Origin: Phoronis australis
Taxonomy: Eukaryota > Animalia > Phoronida
Direction: 5' to 3'
Assembly: GCA_002633005.1 (NCBI GenBank)
Contig: NMRA01000278.1
Span: 412,283 to 476,282, forward strand
DNA length: 64,000 nt
Notes under the pieces: model-generated
Databases searched by the model: none
What the model was told of the DNA's origin: nothing
The model's input: the letters and a program-made list of their open reading frames with translations, nothing else
Made by a program: the position numbers and the translations under genes
In this document: positions 30,201 to 45,200 of the stretch, piece after piece
Numbering within the stretch: the first letter of the stretch is position 1
How the letters are laid out: every line of letters starts with the position of its first letter

Positions 30201-33200
30201 TGTCGTTTTAATATCTTTAGCTTGTTCAAACTGGCACAAGTGTGTGTCTTGGAGACTCTCCAACCTTTAGCGGAAATTTGCACTGCTTAAATCGTGCTGG
30301 TTCAGTCGACTTTCCAATATCTTAAGAAAAACATCAGAAGACTTTACTCATGATGAACCCAATCCAGAGAGGTCTGCTTGAGTCTGATCAGGTGATTAGT
30401 GCTAATATGAGCCCAACTACGTGGCCTGAGTGTGCTTGGAGCACAGCAGAAGGCAACAGGCCACCTGCCTATTTTTGTGTGACCAGAAGATGTTCAAACA
30501 ATATGCTAATATTACTTAACAGTAATGTTTTTACTAGGGATTGCATTGTGGGTAATTTTGACGATATTGTTGGTGCTACTACAACAGCCAGATGTTAATC
30601 CAATGTTGTTGCTAAGAGAATTACATTTCAAACTGCTCTCGTTGTTGTTGTTGTTGTAGATAGCATCAATGCTGGTGTTTGGATAAAGAGTTATGGGGTC
30701 AATAGTGTTTGCTACATGATGTTAATGTTGTTGATGTTACTCACAATTATGTTGTTGCTTCCCTCAGAGTCTCCCACAGCATAGTGAACCTTTAACTCAC
30801 TGTTGTCATCCTCTGAGTACACGGACAGTTCAAACTGAGTGTCAGTAGTATCAAGGTCAGGAATCTGCGCCACCTACGGGAACACAACAAAACAACTCCA
30901 TACATTAAGAACATTTAATAGCACATTTTTCATTCAATAACTTAAGGTTGCAATTTCGTCAATTTCAAGACAACTAGGAAAATCATTCACAATTAATTCT
31001 TTACGAGGTCCCATTTCAACGTAAAAGAAGTACAGTACAGCACACAGGATGGTGGAGAGCAGTTCAGGATGACTGATGTACAATTCCCTTTACTGGGGGA
31101 TGGATGGCAGCCCCTCACTGTCTTGAACATCAGATTGTTACCTTGTCAGACACTTGCCTCGTAGTTGCCTTTTGACACAAAATTCATGAACTGTGATGTA
31201 CACTTCATGTCATTTGGTTCAAAATTACCAACAATTCCTACAATGGTACTAAGGAACTAATTTCCAAAGATTGAATTTTTGTCTAATAAGCGAGATGAAT
31301 TCAAGTTGTCATCTCATCACGTGGAATTTTCTCATTAACTCCCAATCCAGTACACCACACCTCACAAAGGACAAATAATCACTAAAGTTCTCCTTTCAGA
31401 ATGGATCAAACAAGAGAGTGTCACCTATTTAACATAGTTCTACCCATAGAGGGAAAAACTTCAAATGTTGTCTTCATAATTAGCCATTCAACACTGTGTG
31501 TATTATCATTATGTGCAAAATTTGCCTAATACTACGCAGACTGAGATGGATGGAGTACCTGGCACGGCTGACCAGATCGCTTAAAAATGGTAGAGCTGGA
31601 CGGACCCTCAAAGCGAGGTGGTGAGTCATCCTCCTCCGCTTTCTCAATAGTGAACATATTCATTTTGATCGACTTCATGGCATACTTCCAAATGGTTGCC
31701 TCAAATATGGTCTCCGTGGTGACCAGCAGGTGAGCCTCTACATAGGCCAGCAGTTCCAGTCGAAGCGGGGTCAGAACCAGGTCCATGCCCCCGCTGGAAA
31801 TAATAACAGCCAAAAAATGTCAAATGCAGCACTTGCATATTGATTAAAATGAAAGATTCATACTATCTTAGTGGAAATGATTTCATTGTCACCCTGGGCT
31901 TGAATATATTATGAGGATTTTGTCACCTTTCTTTAATTAATGCAAAAAAGCAGCAAAAATTATGAAGAAAACCAGTCACAGGAAATCACATCCAGCAAAA
32001 ATCAATACATAAAAATGAAGTTTAAGTTTCAGGTGATATCACTTTTATTGCGTTTCTTAAAAGAAATTGATTCGCAAATTCTGAACAGGAAACCAGAGGA
32101 ATTCTTGCCAAAATAAAGTTGAAAAGGCAACACTGGTTTGGTCTTACCTTAGATCCAGAGGGAACTGTTGAAAGCCGACGTTGCCGATACTGGGGAACCT
32201 GGTCTCAACCAAGTAACCAATCAGCTTTGCTCCTCCCTCTAGGATACCTAAAGAGATAGCAACCGAACCCCAGACTTTGGCCCCAGCCCACGGGATGGCA
32301 GTGACTTCAGCCCGCATGCTCATAATACAAAGCTTGACACCCATGAAGGCTCCTACTGTGCCCCCAGCTCCAAACTCTGAAAAAAAAACATGACTGTGTT
32401 AGCAAATGGTAGCATCACCAGTGGAAGAAACAATGTTTCAACCTTTATCTACTTGACCCTTCTATCTAAAATATCTTGAGAACGTATTCCTTTCATGTTC
32501 TCAGTACACTAAGCAGCTGTATGACCCACTTAACTATTTGACTAGTCTCATCCTAGATTACCACACCGCCATCCTCATTATGCACCCAGTTATCTTCAAT
32601 CCTGTACATCTGAATGGTACTTCGAACTGAAATTTCTAGGAAAGTACTACTTACTACAAATGCATCAAAAATATTCTCTTTCTAACGCCAAAAAAATTTA
32701 ACAGAGCTCCTGACAACATTTGTTACTAAATCAAAATACCACAATCAACCCGATTCATTTTTTAAATGAAATAATTCCCACAGTATTTTAGCCAGCATCA
32801 CAACTCCCATGCACATTGTCTACCACACTGCTGTAACAGTCCCACTAACATGGCTTCAACATGGTCAGCCATGTATCATAGGACAGGCAACAGAAATTAC
32901 AGATTTCGGAATCACAAAGTTGTTGCATGTCAGTGATAAGGAGACATCAAATCCATCATACTCCACACAATGTTACAAAAGCCATTTTTGTGACTATTTG
33001 GAAGAGCAAAGTCACAAGGCATGGCACAAACAAATGCATTGTAAAACATATCTATGAACTCAGTGATAAGGAATTTGTCAAATCATCAGTTTATACCAAC
33101 TTGCTGTTTCTTTACTCTTGTCTTTATTGAATCCTAAGGAACTATGTCTGAACAGTAGAGAGACTAATTATATACTAGGTATCTACTGCTGTAACTGCCA

Positions 33201-36200
33201 AGTTCCATAAAAATAAGAACTTAAATCAGTGCTTGTTATATTAAGGGTTGATGGTGCTCATAATTCTTGAATAAATCTACTGACAAAGTATGAGACGCCT
33301 TGGAGGATGAGTTCCCATTGCACCAAAGTGGCATGCTGACATAAAGAAATTTGACAAGCTGGGTGATGTGCGATGTGTCGGTCTTTACCTCAAATGTCAA
33401 ATGCAGCTCAGAAGTGTTTGTAGGGGTAAAAAAACAGCACTTCTTAGACATATCTTTAATAACAGTTGTTAACATTAAGATGTCTGACTAAAAGACAAAT
33501 CTAAAACCAAATCTTAATCTGATGGATAAGTAATGTGACAAAACTATTAACGTACCGACTTTCAATGGCAGAGGTCCAGCCATGAAGCGCCATTGAAACT
33601 CGAAGAATGTTATGTCCTTTGTTGGCACAGGAACTTGTCCAGAGAGACAAAACTCAGAGTTCCCAGGAAACTCCCCTCCCGTCCCAAATACAGCTGTCAC
33701 TAGGTATTCCACCATGTTCATCTGAAAAAAGGACTCGACTATTGACTCCCCTGGTGGTCATTCACAGAACCAGACTCTTTGCAGCCATGTTGCTTTCGGT
33801 GAATTTTATTTTCACATATTTAAGGCTATATTTAAAATAAGGATCAAGAACTACACCAGAGAATATTGTATTATTTAGCAAAAATAACAAAAATGTTACA
33901 ATACAAAATTAATCTAAGTAAAGCAAGTTTAATAGTAATGCCACATTGGCTTAAATATTTTGCACATCTTATAAATTTACCGTTTCTAAAGTATGAGGCA
34001 ACTTCATACCATAAGAAAAAATCTCAACAACATTAAGCGAAAGATTTTTACAGCTTGCTTCAACACTTACATTCTCAGAAATGGCGTCTCGTATCTCATT
34101 CATTAGCTTCATAATCTCAGAGCTCTTTTCTCCGCATAGAATGAGCTCCGTCGTCAAATCAACCAATGGTAGGGCCTGCATGCCTCGAGCATTCAGAGCA
34201 TTGTCAACTTCATCATCTGAAACATCAAATATCAAAAAATGATCTTTAAGATAAAATATTCAAATCTAACACGGTAAGATTTTCTCAAAATCATTATATT
34301 TACGGCAACATCTCTTCAATTTTATCCACAACTAATCGCAGTGACTATTGACAGTAAGCAGACAAAAATCATTGTAATATAGAAAAACTACTGAGCTTAC
34401 GGATTTGACATATATCCATGCATCAAACGTTCTACAGTCAGTGACAAACACTCCGCATAACCTGCTGTCTTAGCCGTACAAAGGGTCAACTAGTGCAACG
34501 CTGTAGTGTTACATATTACACAGCTACACATTTAACCTTGATGTGACCTTGCTTTTCATACATGTAGTTTATGATCCTTGGTATTGACACTATCTGTTCA
34601 CTGATTAGGATTTAAGATTAAAACAAAATGACAGTTTATATATTGTTATATCTACTATTTAATTATGGGACAAACCTCACTCAATCTGTTACATAAACCA
34701 AAGTTAAACTTTCTCAACACAAGTGACAAGCGTAACGAATTGCATTTAAACAATTTAAAACATGCCTACCATTATTAATTGAACATTTTAAGTTCATGAA
34801 TGGCGGGATCTTGAATGTAATGTTCTTGAGGATGAAGGTGTCGGGGATACACGTGGTCATGACGGAAGAACAGAGCTGCGACTTGCCAATCAGATAGATG
34901 TGACTACTGTTGGCAGTCACATTGAACTGAAACCTGGCAACCATAGCTTGCATTGTAGTGCTAACATCCACATCAATCTCCTTGATTTTTTCTGAAATGC
35001 AAGAGAACTGGTGTGTTTCAAACTCTGATATTCTAAAATCAAGTTCAAGTGATACTGATCAGGGTTTTAAGTAATTTTTGTTCCTTAGAAACAATTATTT
35101 CAGATGTAACAGTAGAACTTCAGAAACTCAATCACAGTCATCATCAATAGACCGTGAATAAGATGAAAGTTGAACTAAGAGTTACGTGACAACAGTTATG
35201 ATGCTTTCCGTATTAAATTTATTGAAAGAGAACAAATGAGCAAGAAAAACAAATTTGCTGAAAGTGCTTTAACACCAAACAATAAGCTCATGAGAAACAA
35301 GGGCAGTAATTATAAGAATTCTAGAAATAATCTACGTTTAGACCATGCTTATTTAAGCTAAGCACTTTACAACTAGCCTTTAAAAAATGTGAAGTGAAAC
35401 ACGTGCACATCTGAGTCTCAGTCAAAGTAGCACCCCCTGGTGGCTTTTTGTAGATCAGATCCAATCTAGAAGAAGAGGGGTTGTCCTCAGGCAGAAATGA
35501 ACTCGACGACACTACCTCCCATTTTTATACAAAATAAAATAATTGCAGGCGGTGTGGTACACGTTGTACCAGACATGAGCAGGCTGCGCATGTGGGCCCA
35601 TTGCACTGATCACCTGGAACCGTTTTTGTGCTTTATCAATATATAGTCAACTCTGACTCAAACCCACAACCTCGAGAGAGAAAGTGAGCACCTATCACAC
35701 TAGGTCACACTGCCTCCTCCTACCTCACATTTGCCATGTAATTATTTTAACTAATGACTGAACTAATGAGTTGAGATCAATGTGTAGATGTTTATAACAC
35801 AGTTACCGACCTGCGAAGGTCATTTCCATCGTTTTCTGTGCAGCTCCTACACCAACTTTGAATACCATCTTTGGCCCACAGAGGTCAACACGGGTGTCCA
35901 ATCTCACCCACTGTTGGAGACACATGTACTTGACGGGCACGGCGCATGTTAAACCCATGCAGTCAAAGTGAGGCTCACAGTAAACGTTGTAACCAGTCAT
36001 GATTCCGCCCAAGAAATGGGGACACTCTAAAATGATAATCCAATAGGGTTTTAAAAAATGCACTGCCTCATTAATGAGGCATGGAATGTCAAAGCTCATC
36101 AAAAATATCTTTTAAACAATTCCTGATGAAAGTACAATCTCGCAACATCAAGTACAGAGTAATTCAATTCCTCCTGTGAGAAAATTTCCAGAAAAAATCA

Positions 36201-39200
36201 CAAAATTCATGATTTCTGAAATACCGGCAAAGGAAAAACTCTGTGGTTACCACAGAGGTTTTAATCTCCCTCTTACTTATGATAAATGCATACATGTGCT
36301 CATAATCAGTTACTTGACGTCGCTTGAGGTCAAAGGTCACATTTTTATATAAGGGAAATGTGCTACATCTATGTCTTGCCATACCATATAAGGAGACGTG
36401 CTTTGCCTTGTGGGAGAAAAATCAACAAAGTGGTGAGCAGTTAACAGGACGCTTTTTTGAAATTTTGAAACTAAAAGAAATGCTTTGATGTCAACACAGA
36501 ATAAAAATATTTACGAACAAACCCTAAAAATATGTTGTGAGCAGGATGAATTCTGATTCAGTGGCAGAGAACCACTTTCAATTAGTTTGTTTATCACGTT
36601 CCTGGCCACTTTAAGCAATATCTTTGAATAAAAGCAAAGGTCGATTTATGTGGACATGTATAAGATAAAGAATTGAAATCAATAAATAACTCAAGACAAT
36701 TAACCCACAAAACTTTTAATCATTTTTAAACTAAATTTAATATCAGATGTAGTACTCAGCTTTCTGCTGCTACAGAACAGTTTTGTGTCAACAACTTCAC
36801 ATCCCATTCTTGTGCAGTTGCAGTCTGTGTAAGATCAATAACATAGAACTAGCGACACTTTTTGACAATTGTAAAAACTGTTACACTTACTTCCGTAAAT
36901 CGCCTGGAACAACTTGTTGATTAGTGCTCCTCTGTACCCATAGGTGTCCTTGCCGTACTTGCGTAACTTTCTGTTGATACTACTGGGTGACCAAGTGACC
37001 GGGTTTGTGACTGGAAACTTGTCTACAACATAAGGGTCAAGTGAAAGCCACACAGTGGGTTGGCCTTCAAATACTCTTTCTCATTAACTAAAAATTAAAC
37101 ACTTTCTCGTTAAATCCAATTCAGCACCTGATGACCTCTTATTTCCAGCAATTGGTCTGTGAGTGGTTTATACTTAGAATAAAAATAGTCTTGCTCAGGA
37201 AACGTTGTCTTAACACAGTTTCATAATGCGACATAAGTGGAAATTCGTTTTTGGGAATTTCATTAAGGCATATCAGCACTCAAAATTTTACAGTGAACAG
37301 TTGTTCCAGGGACAAAATGGGGTTCAACATTCGTTCCTGAAATTGGATACTCCGTTGAAAAGCATTTAATAAGCATCAAGCACAACTAGGATCACGAGTC
37401 AAACAGGGAACTCATTCAGTACTGCACAGGAACAAGTGGCTGGGGCTGAACCAAGTCACTGGATAAACCCTCACCTTGGCACACGACAAAGCTTCCCATG
37501 CAAAACATTCACGCTAAACACTGAAACAATGCTAAATTATGGAAGTTAGAAGAATGTCACAGACCCATTATTTAAAGCAAATGCCTATGCGCTATTAGTC
37601 AATTTCAAGGTTGGCAAACTCCAAAAAATCAACGATTTTCCAGTGTCTATACCGATCTGTTTCTATGTTTATCTTGGTATCACAAATCAATCCAATCCCG
37701 ATAACCAACATTTTGAAATTAGTTTTATCATAAAATGACTAATTCCATTTCCATTTTTCAACCCTGCCAAATGCAACACCACATCAAATATTTCAACGAT
37801 GACTAACCACAAATATGTCACTCATGACTTTCATTACGGAACACGCCATACCACCACAAACTGTCTCTCGTTACCATAGCAACAAGTGAACCTAAACTCA
37901 CCAGCGCACGCTTGGACCTTGGACATCACAATGCTCAAGGCGTCAACTCTGTCCACCAGTTTCTTCTTCTTGAACAGATCCACAACAAACCGTAGCGTGT
38001 AGTGACCAACGTCAAATCTTTCAGCAATTTTCCAAATTTTCGATGTGCTAAAAGGGCAGCAACAAAAACAAATTGGTGGCGCTATCGTTCTTATCTACGC
38101 TCGATGAAATGAACATTTTAACTGAATCTGCCTCAGAAGTTGTATAGATTACACCTGACACAACAGCTCCACCTGTTGGTTGACAGCAGATGCACAGTAT
38201 GAAGTCAACAATGCTAACATAAAACTATGGTTCTCTATTTATTTTAACTGAAAACTGAGTGTTCCACAAAATAAATGTAACCTTTAGTTATATCTTATGA
38301 GTCAAACAATGAGGGTCACCGGAGAATAGACTCTCAACTAAAAGTGCTCATCTCGATTAAGCCAGACAAAGGCTCGAAACACTGACCAAATACATTTTCA
38401 CATTTCAGCTATATGGAGATTCATTAAGATGGGAAAATTTTATTCAAAACTTATTCAAACCAGAACTATCAACCATTAGTTGTGATGGTCAGTTTAAAAG
38501 CTTAACAGTCTCAGGCAAAGATTGACTACACCAGTTCTAACATTAGGTTCCTTGTGACCAGAATCCAATGGCCGGATAACGTAAACTACAGCACAAGGCT
38601 ATTGCTAGATTACAGCACCTGTTAGAGGGCAAACATGACACTTACTCTCCTTGTAATAGAGCTTTGACATCACTGACAAAATCTATCACACCTTTCAGTT
38701 GTTCAGACAGGGGGCGCTGAGCTCGCATGTCGACATCGGCGGGTCGGTAAGGCGGCTCAGGGGCACGATACCTGGACAAGAAGAAATGAGATGAGATCAC
38801 ATGAATACATGTCTGCTCACACGAACACCCGTCCGCTCACATGAAAACACGTCTGCTCACATGAAACACATCTGCTAACTTTTAGCATCTGCCATTTGAG
38901 CAGAAATTTACCAAAGGTTAAGTCATGACAGATTTCAGAAAATATAAATCGACAAGACTAGAGGAAAACTCCCGAAAATAAACTTTTCAGCTCGAATGTA
39001 TTGAAAACAATGTCACAGTGACATAATAAAATTGTTGATTTGTTGGACCTGTAGTTTTACATCAATTCAGAAATGTTGTGCATAATAATTAGCCATCTTT
39101 TTTTCTTTTACGGTCAGGAAACAAAATTAGATAACTTCAACAAAGTTAGATAACTCTTAATGAAATTATAAGGCAAGAAAAATAACCATTTATTGAAAAG

Positions 39201-42200
39201 TCAAGAATTCATGTCATCTGGCCAAAATTGCAAGAATCTTGCTTTCACCTGTTCGAGAACTCTCCCTGGCTCCGCTGCATGTCGCGTTGTATCTTGGTTT
39301 TCTGGTTATCCTTCTTGTCAGCAAATGCGCCCGAGTCGGCGGTCTTTAGCAGATGGGTCACAATACGGTCATTGCATTCCTGAACAACAAATAGTAACAG
39401 TGAGAAATCAATAAACAGAAGTGCATCAATCATCAACAAACATTTATCAACAAAGACCATCAAAAAACATTAAACAAAAATAGCATGTAACAACAAAAAT
39501 CCATTAGATAAGCAAAAGACAGTCATAAATGAGTGAAAGAGCATCACAACAGACAGAACAAACCTACACCCTTGAATATTACTATCAACACTTGCCAAAT
39601 AGAACCTCAAGAGGGGGGACCGACCACAATTTCCAAATGAGAAACTTCCTTCAATAATTCTAGCAACAGTATGCTGGTGTCAGGGCTCCCTGGTTCCTAA
39701 ATCCGCCGATGACATTCCATGATTAGTAACAGTAAGATACCCATGAAGTAGCTGCACACACTTTCAATCAATCTGATACTCAAAGCAAAGTCTTTAGCAT
39801 GTTGACATGAACCGGCCGACCACAACTGCTCCAAGATATTGCTGAACCTAAACTGTACAGGACATTTTAGTCCAGCATGTTGCCAAATTTGTTTGACAAA
39901 ATGGCCGTCATTAAGCAAGTGCACCGTTAAACAAAATGAGCATTAAAAAAGATCATCATTAAACAAAGTTGCATCGTTAAATGAAAGACCATCTGATCCA
40001 GTAAACAAAAGAGCATCTTTTACCTGGACCCATCTGGGAACGAGACTGACGCGTTCTGTATACTTGGTGGGGTCGATCCACTCGCCGGGCGTGCGCAGTT
40101 CAGAGACACGTGATGAAAAGCTCTTGCTACGATACCTGCTGGACACTTTGCGCATACTCAGAAACAAGAAGTTGTGCTCCGTATCGCCCGGAGACGTACC
40201 CATCCTGCCGATACCGTCTCCTGCCTTCAGCGGCTTACCCGTCGTCGTCACATTTCTATTGGAAAAGACAACCATTATTACAAGACAGCTGTTCATCTAA
40301 CTATGATTTCAACCGGTTTTAGGGCACAGCTGTGAGGTTCTTTACTCATTATCTCTGCCACAATTCCCATTGTTAGATCACAAGAAGCAGTATTAACTCT
40401 CCAGTTTGCAAATGAATTCAATGTAAAACCAACATTTTACCTTCTTTACAAAACTTTAAAACATTGCAGTTTATGCTGTGCTCAGTAAACCAAGTCTTGT
40501 TTACAGCAGGGTTACATTTATTTAACTTATTCAACCTATTTAATAGTTGTCCTGATGACCATGGGTTTTAGCAGGTTTAAAACAAGAAGAGACTTGAAAT
40601 GTAATTCTAAATGTAATTTTGCACATAATTCTGCATGTAATTATATCATGCGACTAAATGAACGTTTCTCCCTCTCCCTCACTTAGTCTCTATCATCAGC
40701 CCCCCCTCCCCCTGTTGGTGAGATTTTCCATTAAGACTTATTCAACAATCAGACAAAAACTTTTTTATGCATTCTTAAGATTACCTGGTGCTCCGCTTAA
40801 CGTTATATAAAAAGATAACGTATTTACGAAGGCTGGAGCCAGAGGGCTCAATGCGTATCCTCTCACGTGGTAGCTTCTCATAAATGTACGTGCCTGTCAC
40901 TGGGGCAACAACCTACAAATAATAAAGATGAAGGATTATTTCTGCTGCCCGGGCGTAACCCACATTTTCAACACAGGGATATGCAAGACGGAACAATATA
41001 TAATAATTGAATGATGCAAATAACAATAGTGGCTTCCATTATACAATACATTGTTCTTCACTAATGGCATGAACTGCTTTGGTATTCTCTGGATCCTTAC
41101 AGATGGTTCTAAATATGCGGTAAATGAAGAAAAATTCTGAAAAACAACTGAATCGTTCACTATAAGTCTCCAAGTTAAGAATGATTACTTAAGCGTTCAA
41201 GGCAATCAGAACGGATGATTTGATAAAAAAGACACCTTTAACAATATTTTTGACAGCATAATATTTATCAATAGTAGATGCAACAATATAAACAGTCATT
41301 TTGTTTTAATCTTACAGCATAATCAGTGAAGAGATAGCGTCAAATAATCCCAAGGATCACAAACTAAATAGTTAAGGTTACAGGTGTAGGTGTGTAGGTG
41401 TAAGACTACAGCGTTGCCCTGCCCCTTTGTACGGCCAAGACAGCAGCAAGATACTCACTATCTTTAGTGACGACATTTCTGACATTAATACGACACGTTT
41501 CAGACTCACCAATAGGAATACAAATGCAGTCGGATAACATTTTAAAAAATTTTGAAGCTCTAGGATCTTTTCCAAATCAAGTAACCACGGGGGAAATTTG
41601 CGCTTGAAATTCTTACACAACTGTGTGTTTCGATTAATGTGTGTGCTTCAACAACGGCTTGTATGCTCCCAGAATTTGAGAAGGATTACAATTAGCCAGG
41701 TCCATGTGAATTTGTCAAAGTCCTTTAATCAGTAATTTACAATGCTACATAAATGTGGTCATTATTATTTCATAAATTTGGCATTTTAATTTTATTTGAA
41801 AGGGTACAAAATGTCAAAATGTGCCATTTACTAAACAAGCTAATACTGATAACGACAACTTGGTGTTGCAGCTTCTTTCATGTTATGGTCAACAATCAAT
41901 ATTCCACCAAGTGAAAACAAAGCAAGGCACTTTTGAAATACAGGCACGGCTATATCCAAGAATGGGTAAATTATTTCTTAAAGTTACCAGTTGACCAAAC
42001 AACAATGAGCAGAACATGGTTGGCAGTACATCACCTTCTGGTGCGGTGAAGCCAACAGTAATGAGCAGAACATGGTTGGCAGTACATCACCTTCTGGTGC
42101 GGTGAAGCCAACAGTAATGAGCAGAACATGGTTGGCAGTACATCACCTTCTGGTGCGGTGAAGCCAACAGCATGATGCCAATGCCCTCCGTCTTGTTGCT

Positions 42201-45200
42201 GTACTCGCCCTGGGCTGTGCTCGGGTAGTTGCCAGTACCGTATTTATCGTCAGCGTTACGTCTTGTCTTGGGGAACGACTTGTGAAACTTGGGACCAAAT
42301 AGTGCCTCAAATATTTCTAACGCTTTGTTTGCGCTAAAAAAGAAAACAATCAAAAATTTTTGCATTTATGGAATGAAGAAACACAATCTACATGTAACCA
42401 AAGCAACAATGGTAGCACGACAGTTCCATCAGATCTAAAAACCAATCCTGATGTAGCCAGTGGAAATTATAACTGATTCAACCTAAATTCCATGTTGACG
42501 AGCGCCATCTATTGGTCAGATTGTGACCAAGTCATGGACTTTCCAGACAAAACTGTCATGATATCTTAAGTTTGTTTTTGTTTCTGTTATGCTTTTATAA
42601 CTTTTAATTTAATGAACACAAACACTTTCAAGTCTGGTCTGCACACCATCTGAAAAAGCCTGAAAAGATTTCTGCCCCCCAGCCGGGACTCAAACCCACA
42701 ACCTTCTGCTAACTGCGCAGACGCTTTAGCCACTGAGCAAACAAAATGAGCAAACAAAATATCTCAGTAGTTTGAAAAGTTAAGGCATTAATTATCCCAA
42801 TCATTGTTGTAAACGATCACGATCAATATTTTCCCAAGTGTTTTCTGGTGGCAGTGTACTATAACAAATGCTAACAAAGAATATACTTAGACACAGTAAT
42901 GTTGAGAAATTTGACAAAATAAAATTCCACACATTTGACATCTCATGTCCTAAACTGACCTTGTGTGCTAAAACAATAAAAAGTTAAATGTTTAATATAA
43001 TTTAAGTGTGGGATTATGATCCAAAATTACTCAAAAGTACAGTAATATTACAATGATATAATATTACAATGATATAATATTACAATGATATAATATCAAA
43101 ATGATATAATATTACAATGATATAATATTACAATGATATAATATACAATATATATGGGCTGGTTCTTCGGCATCTAGGCTATATGGACCGTGGGCAACAC
43201 TGTAGCTCTTGGCCAAAATGTTATTAATACGAACACTAAATCTTCTTTCCTCTGATTTCTTTGCCTGTCCTTTAGTTGGCATATTTTACCTCAAATTCAC
43301 TATCGTGAGGTCGCTTGGTTCTCAAAGTCAAGAGGTTATGGTTTTTGGACTCTGTGTAACTGATTGGTTCGTTCACAAATAGCAACACCTCGTCACTTGA
43401 ATGAAAAGTGATGTTACTGACTGCACAACATCACTTCACAATGGAAGTCATTGTACGGCATTTTACGCAATTAAAGGACAGAAGTATCACTTTCTGTGTA
43501 ACGTGATTACGCGTCCTACATTAGACGATACTTACTAAGTCTTAATCGTGTCTATACTATACTTAATGTTGTAGTAAGACAGCAGGATACTCTTGTACGT
43601 GTCGAACAATGGCTTGGCTAGATACTCAAATGGCTCCAGCAAGTTGAGTACAGCAGAGATGAACTTTAGTCCCACCTCTTTTTGTTGTTGTCCCTGAAAA
43701 TGAAGAGAAAAATGTGCAAGAGAACACCTAGCTGATGTGATTCTCCTCACTCCTTCAATGGCTGCACAACCTATACTGACTACACACTGCGCTACCACTC
43801 ATAGCAATACAAACCCTCCTGTTAGGTTTCACAGTGGTTACTAATCTGAAGCACAATCCAGACATCAAACTAGCAGCCCTTTGTTAACCCTTGCCATGCT
43901 CCATATGTCAGGCATCATAAATCGTAGGCCAATTGTCTACCAAGATTTGCGGAACTAAATGATGAAGGAAAAACCGAGTGAAACTTACAATGCACTCTAC
44001 TTGTTTGAAAGTAATAAGATTCAACATCTCTAGCAAGAAGTTGTCACTCAGAAACAACGACATGAACGAATGGAGGCAGAGTTTGATCAGTTGGTCCAGC
44101 ACAGTTGGCAAAATTGTTTGGTGGTAAGCAGTGTCTTAGGAACTGATGGTGAACTCACTGATGGCATGATTGTATTGCTTGATGGGATCCAATGTGAGAT
44201 CAGAAGACTGGAAATTATACATTGAGTATGAGCAAGTCTATATCAAGCTGTCCAACAAAAAGTAGTTGATTTCAAGCAAGAGTGACATTTGCAAAACTCA
44301 CCGTCTACGCAGGAAAGGCACTAACTGGGGATGGGCCATTATATTTCAAGTTGCAAAATTTAAAGCTCGTGTCAATAAAATCAAGAACCGTAGAAATCTT
44401 GATAGAGATGTCTAGTATGTGAATGAGAGTTTGACAATGTGTTGAAGAATTGTTTATAAGGCCGTCAGGTTTTTATATGCCAAGAAAAAGTTAAAGAGTT
44501 GCTAGGCACACGATGGGAAATTATTTTTAGAAGACAGGCTCGACAAGTTGCACTCACTCGATACCCTCAAGCAGCTGAACACGGCAGTAGTCAGCTAAAC
44601 ACGGTAGTAGTCAGCTGAACACGGCAGTAGTCAGCTGAACACGGCAGTAGTCAGCTGAACACGGCAGTAGTCAGCTGAACACGGCAGTAGTCAGCTGAAC
44701 AGGGCAGTAATCAGCTGAACACAGCAGTAGTCAGCTGAACACGGCAGTAGTCAGGTTTTGACCAGCAGGGAGTCTGTTGTGAACAGGGGCAGGGTCTAGT
44801 GTGATTTGAATGACAATAACATTGCCATGGAGGTGAGAGGTCAGATGGCTTCTGGCTTTCTATTCATGCTGTTGATACGACGATCAATGACATATTTTGG
44901 TACACTGTTGAGTTCCATGTTTGTATATTCTGCCTGTTTGTAAACAGTCATTGTGATGTTTCATAATAGTCTCAGCTATTTCCTGTTTACTTCTTTTGTA
45001 AGTCATGTGATCAGAAGTCTGTATTTCATTTTTTTCATTCGTTGAATAGATGTATTATTTTCATTTGTTGTTGGTTTTGTAAACAAACGACACGTAATCT
45101 TGTGATTTGAGAGACAAATGCTGTTTCTTTCTTATTCGTCTTATCAGCATTCGGTTGAATTTGAGATCTATCTGTGGGAGCTAGTTAATTAGGGTATCAT

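Noticed and set aside
42660-42738. Possible tRNA gene
   Set aside because: Only box A/B-like motifs; acceptor stem and cloverleaf not convincing, so better explained as a SINE head.
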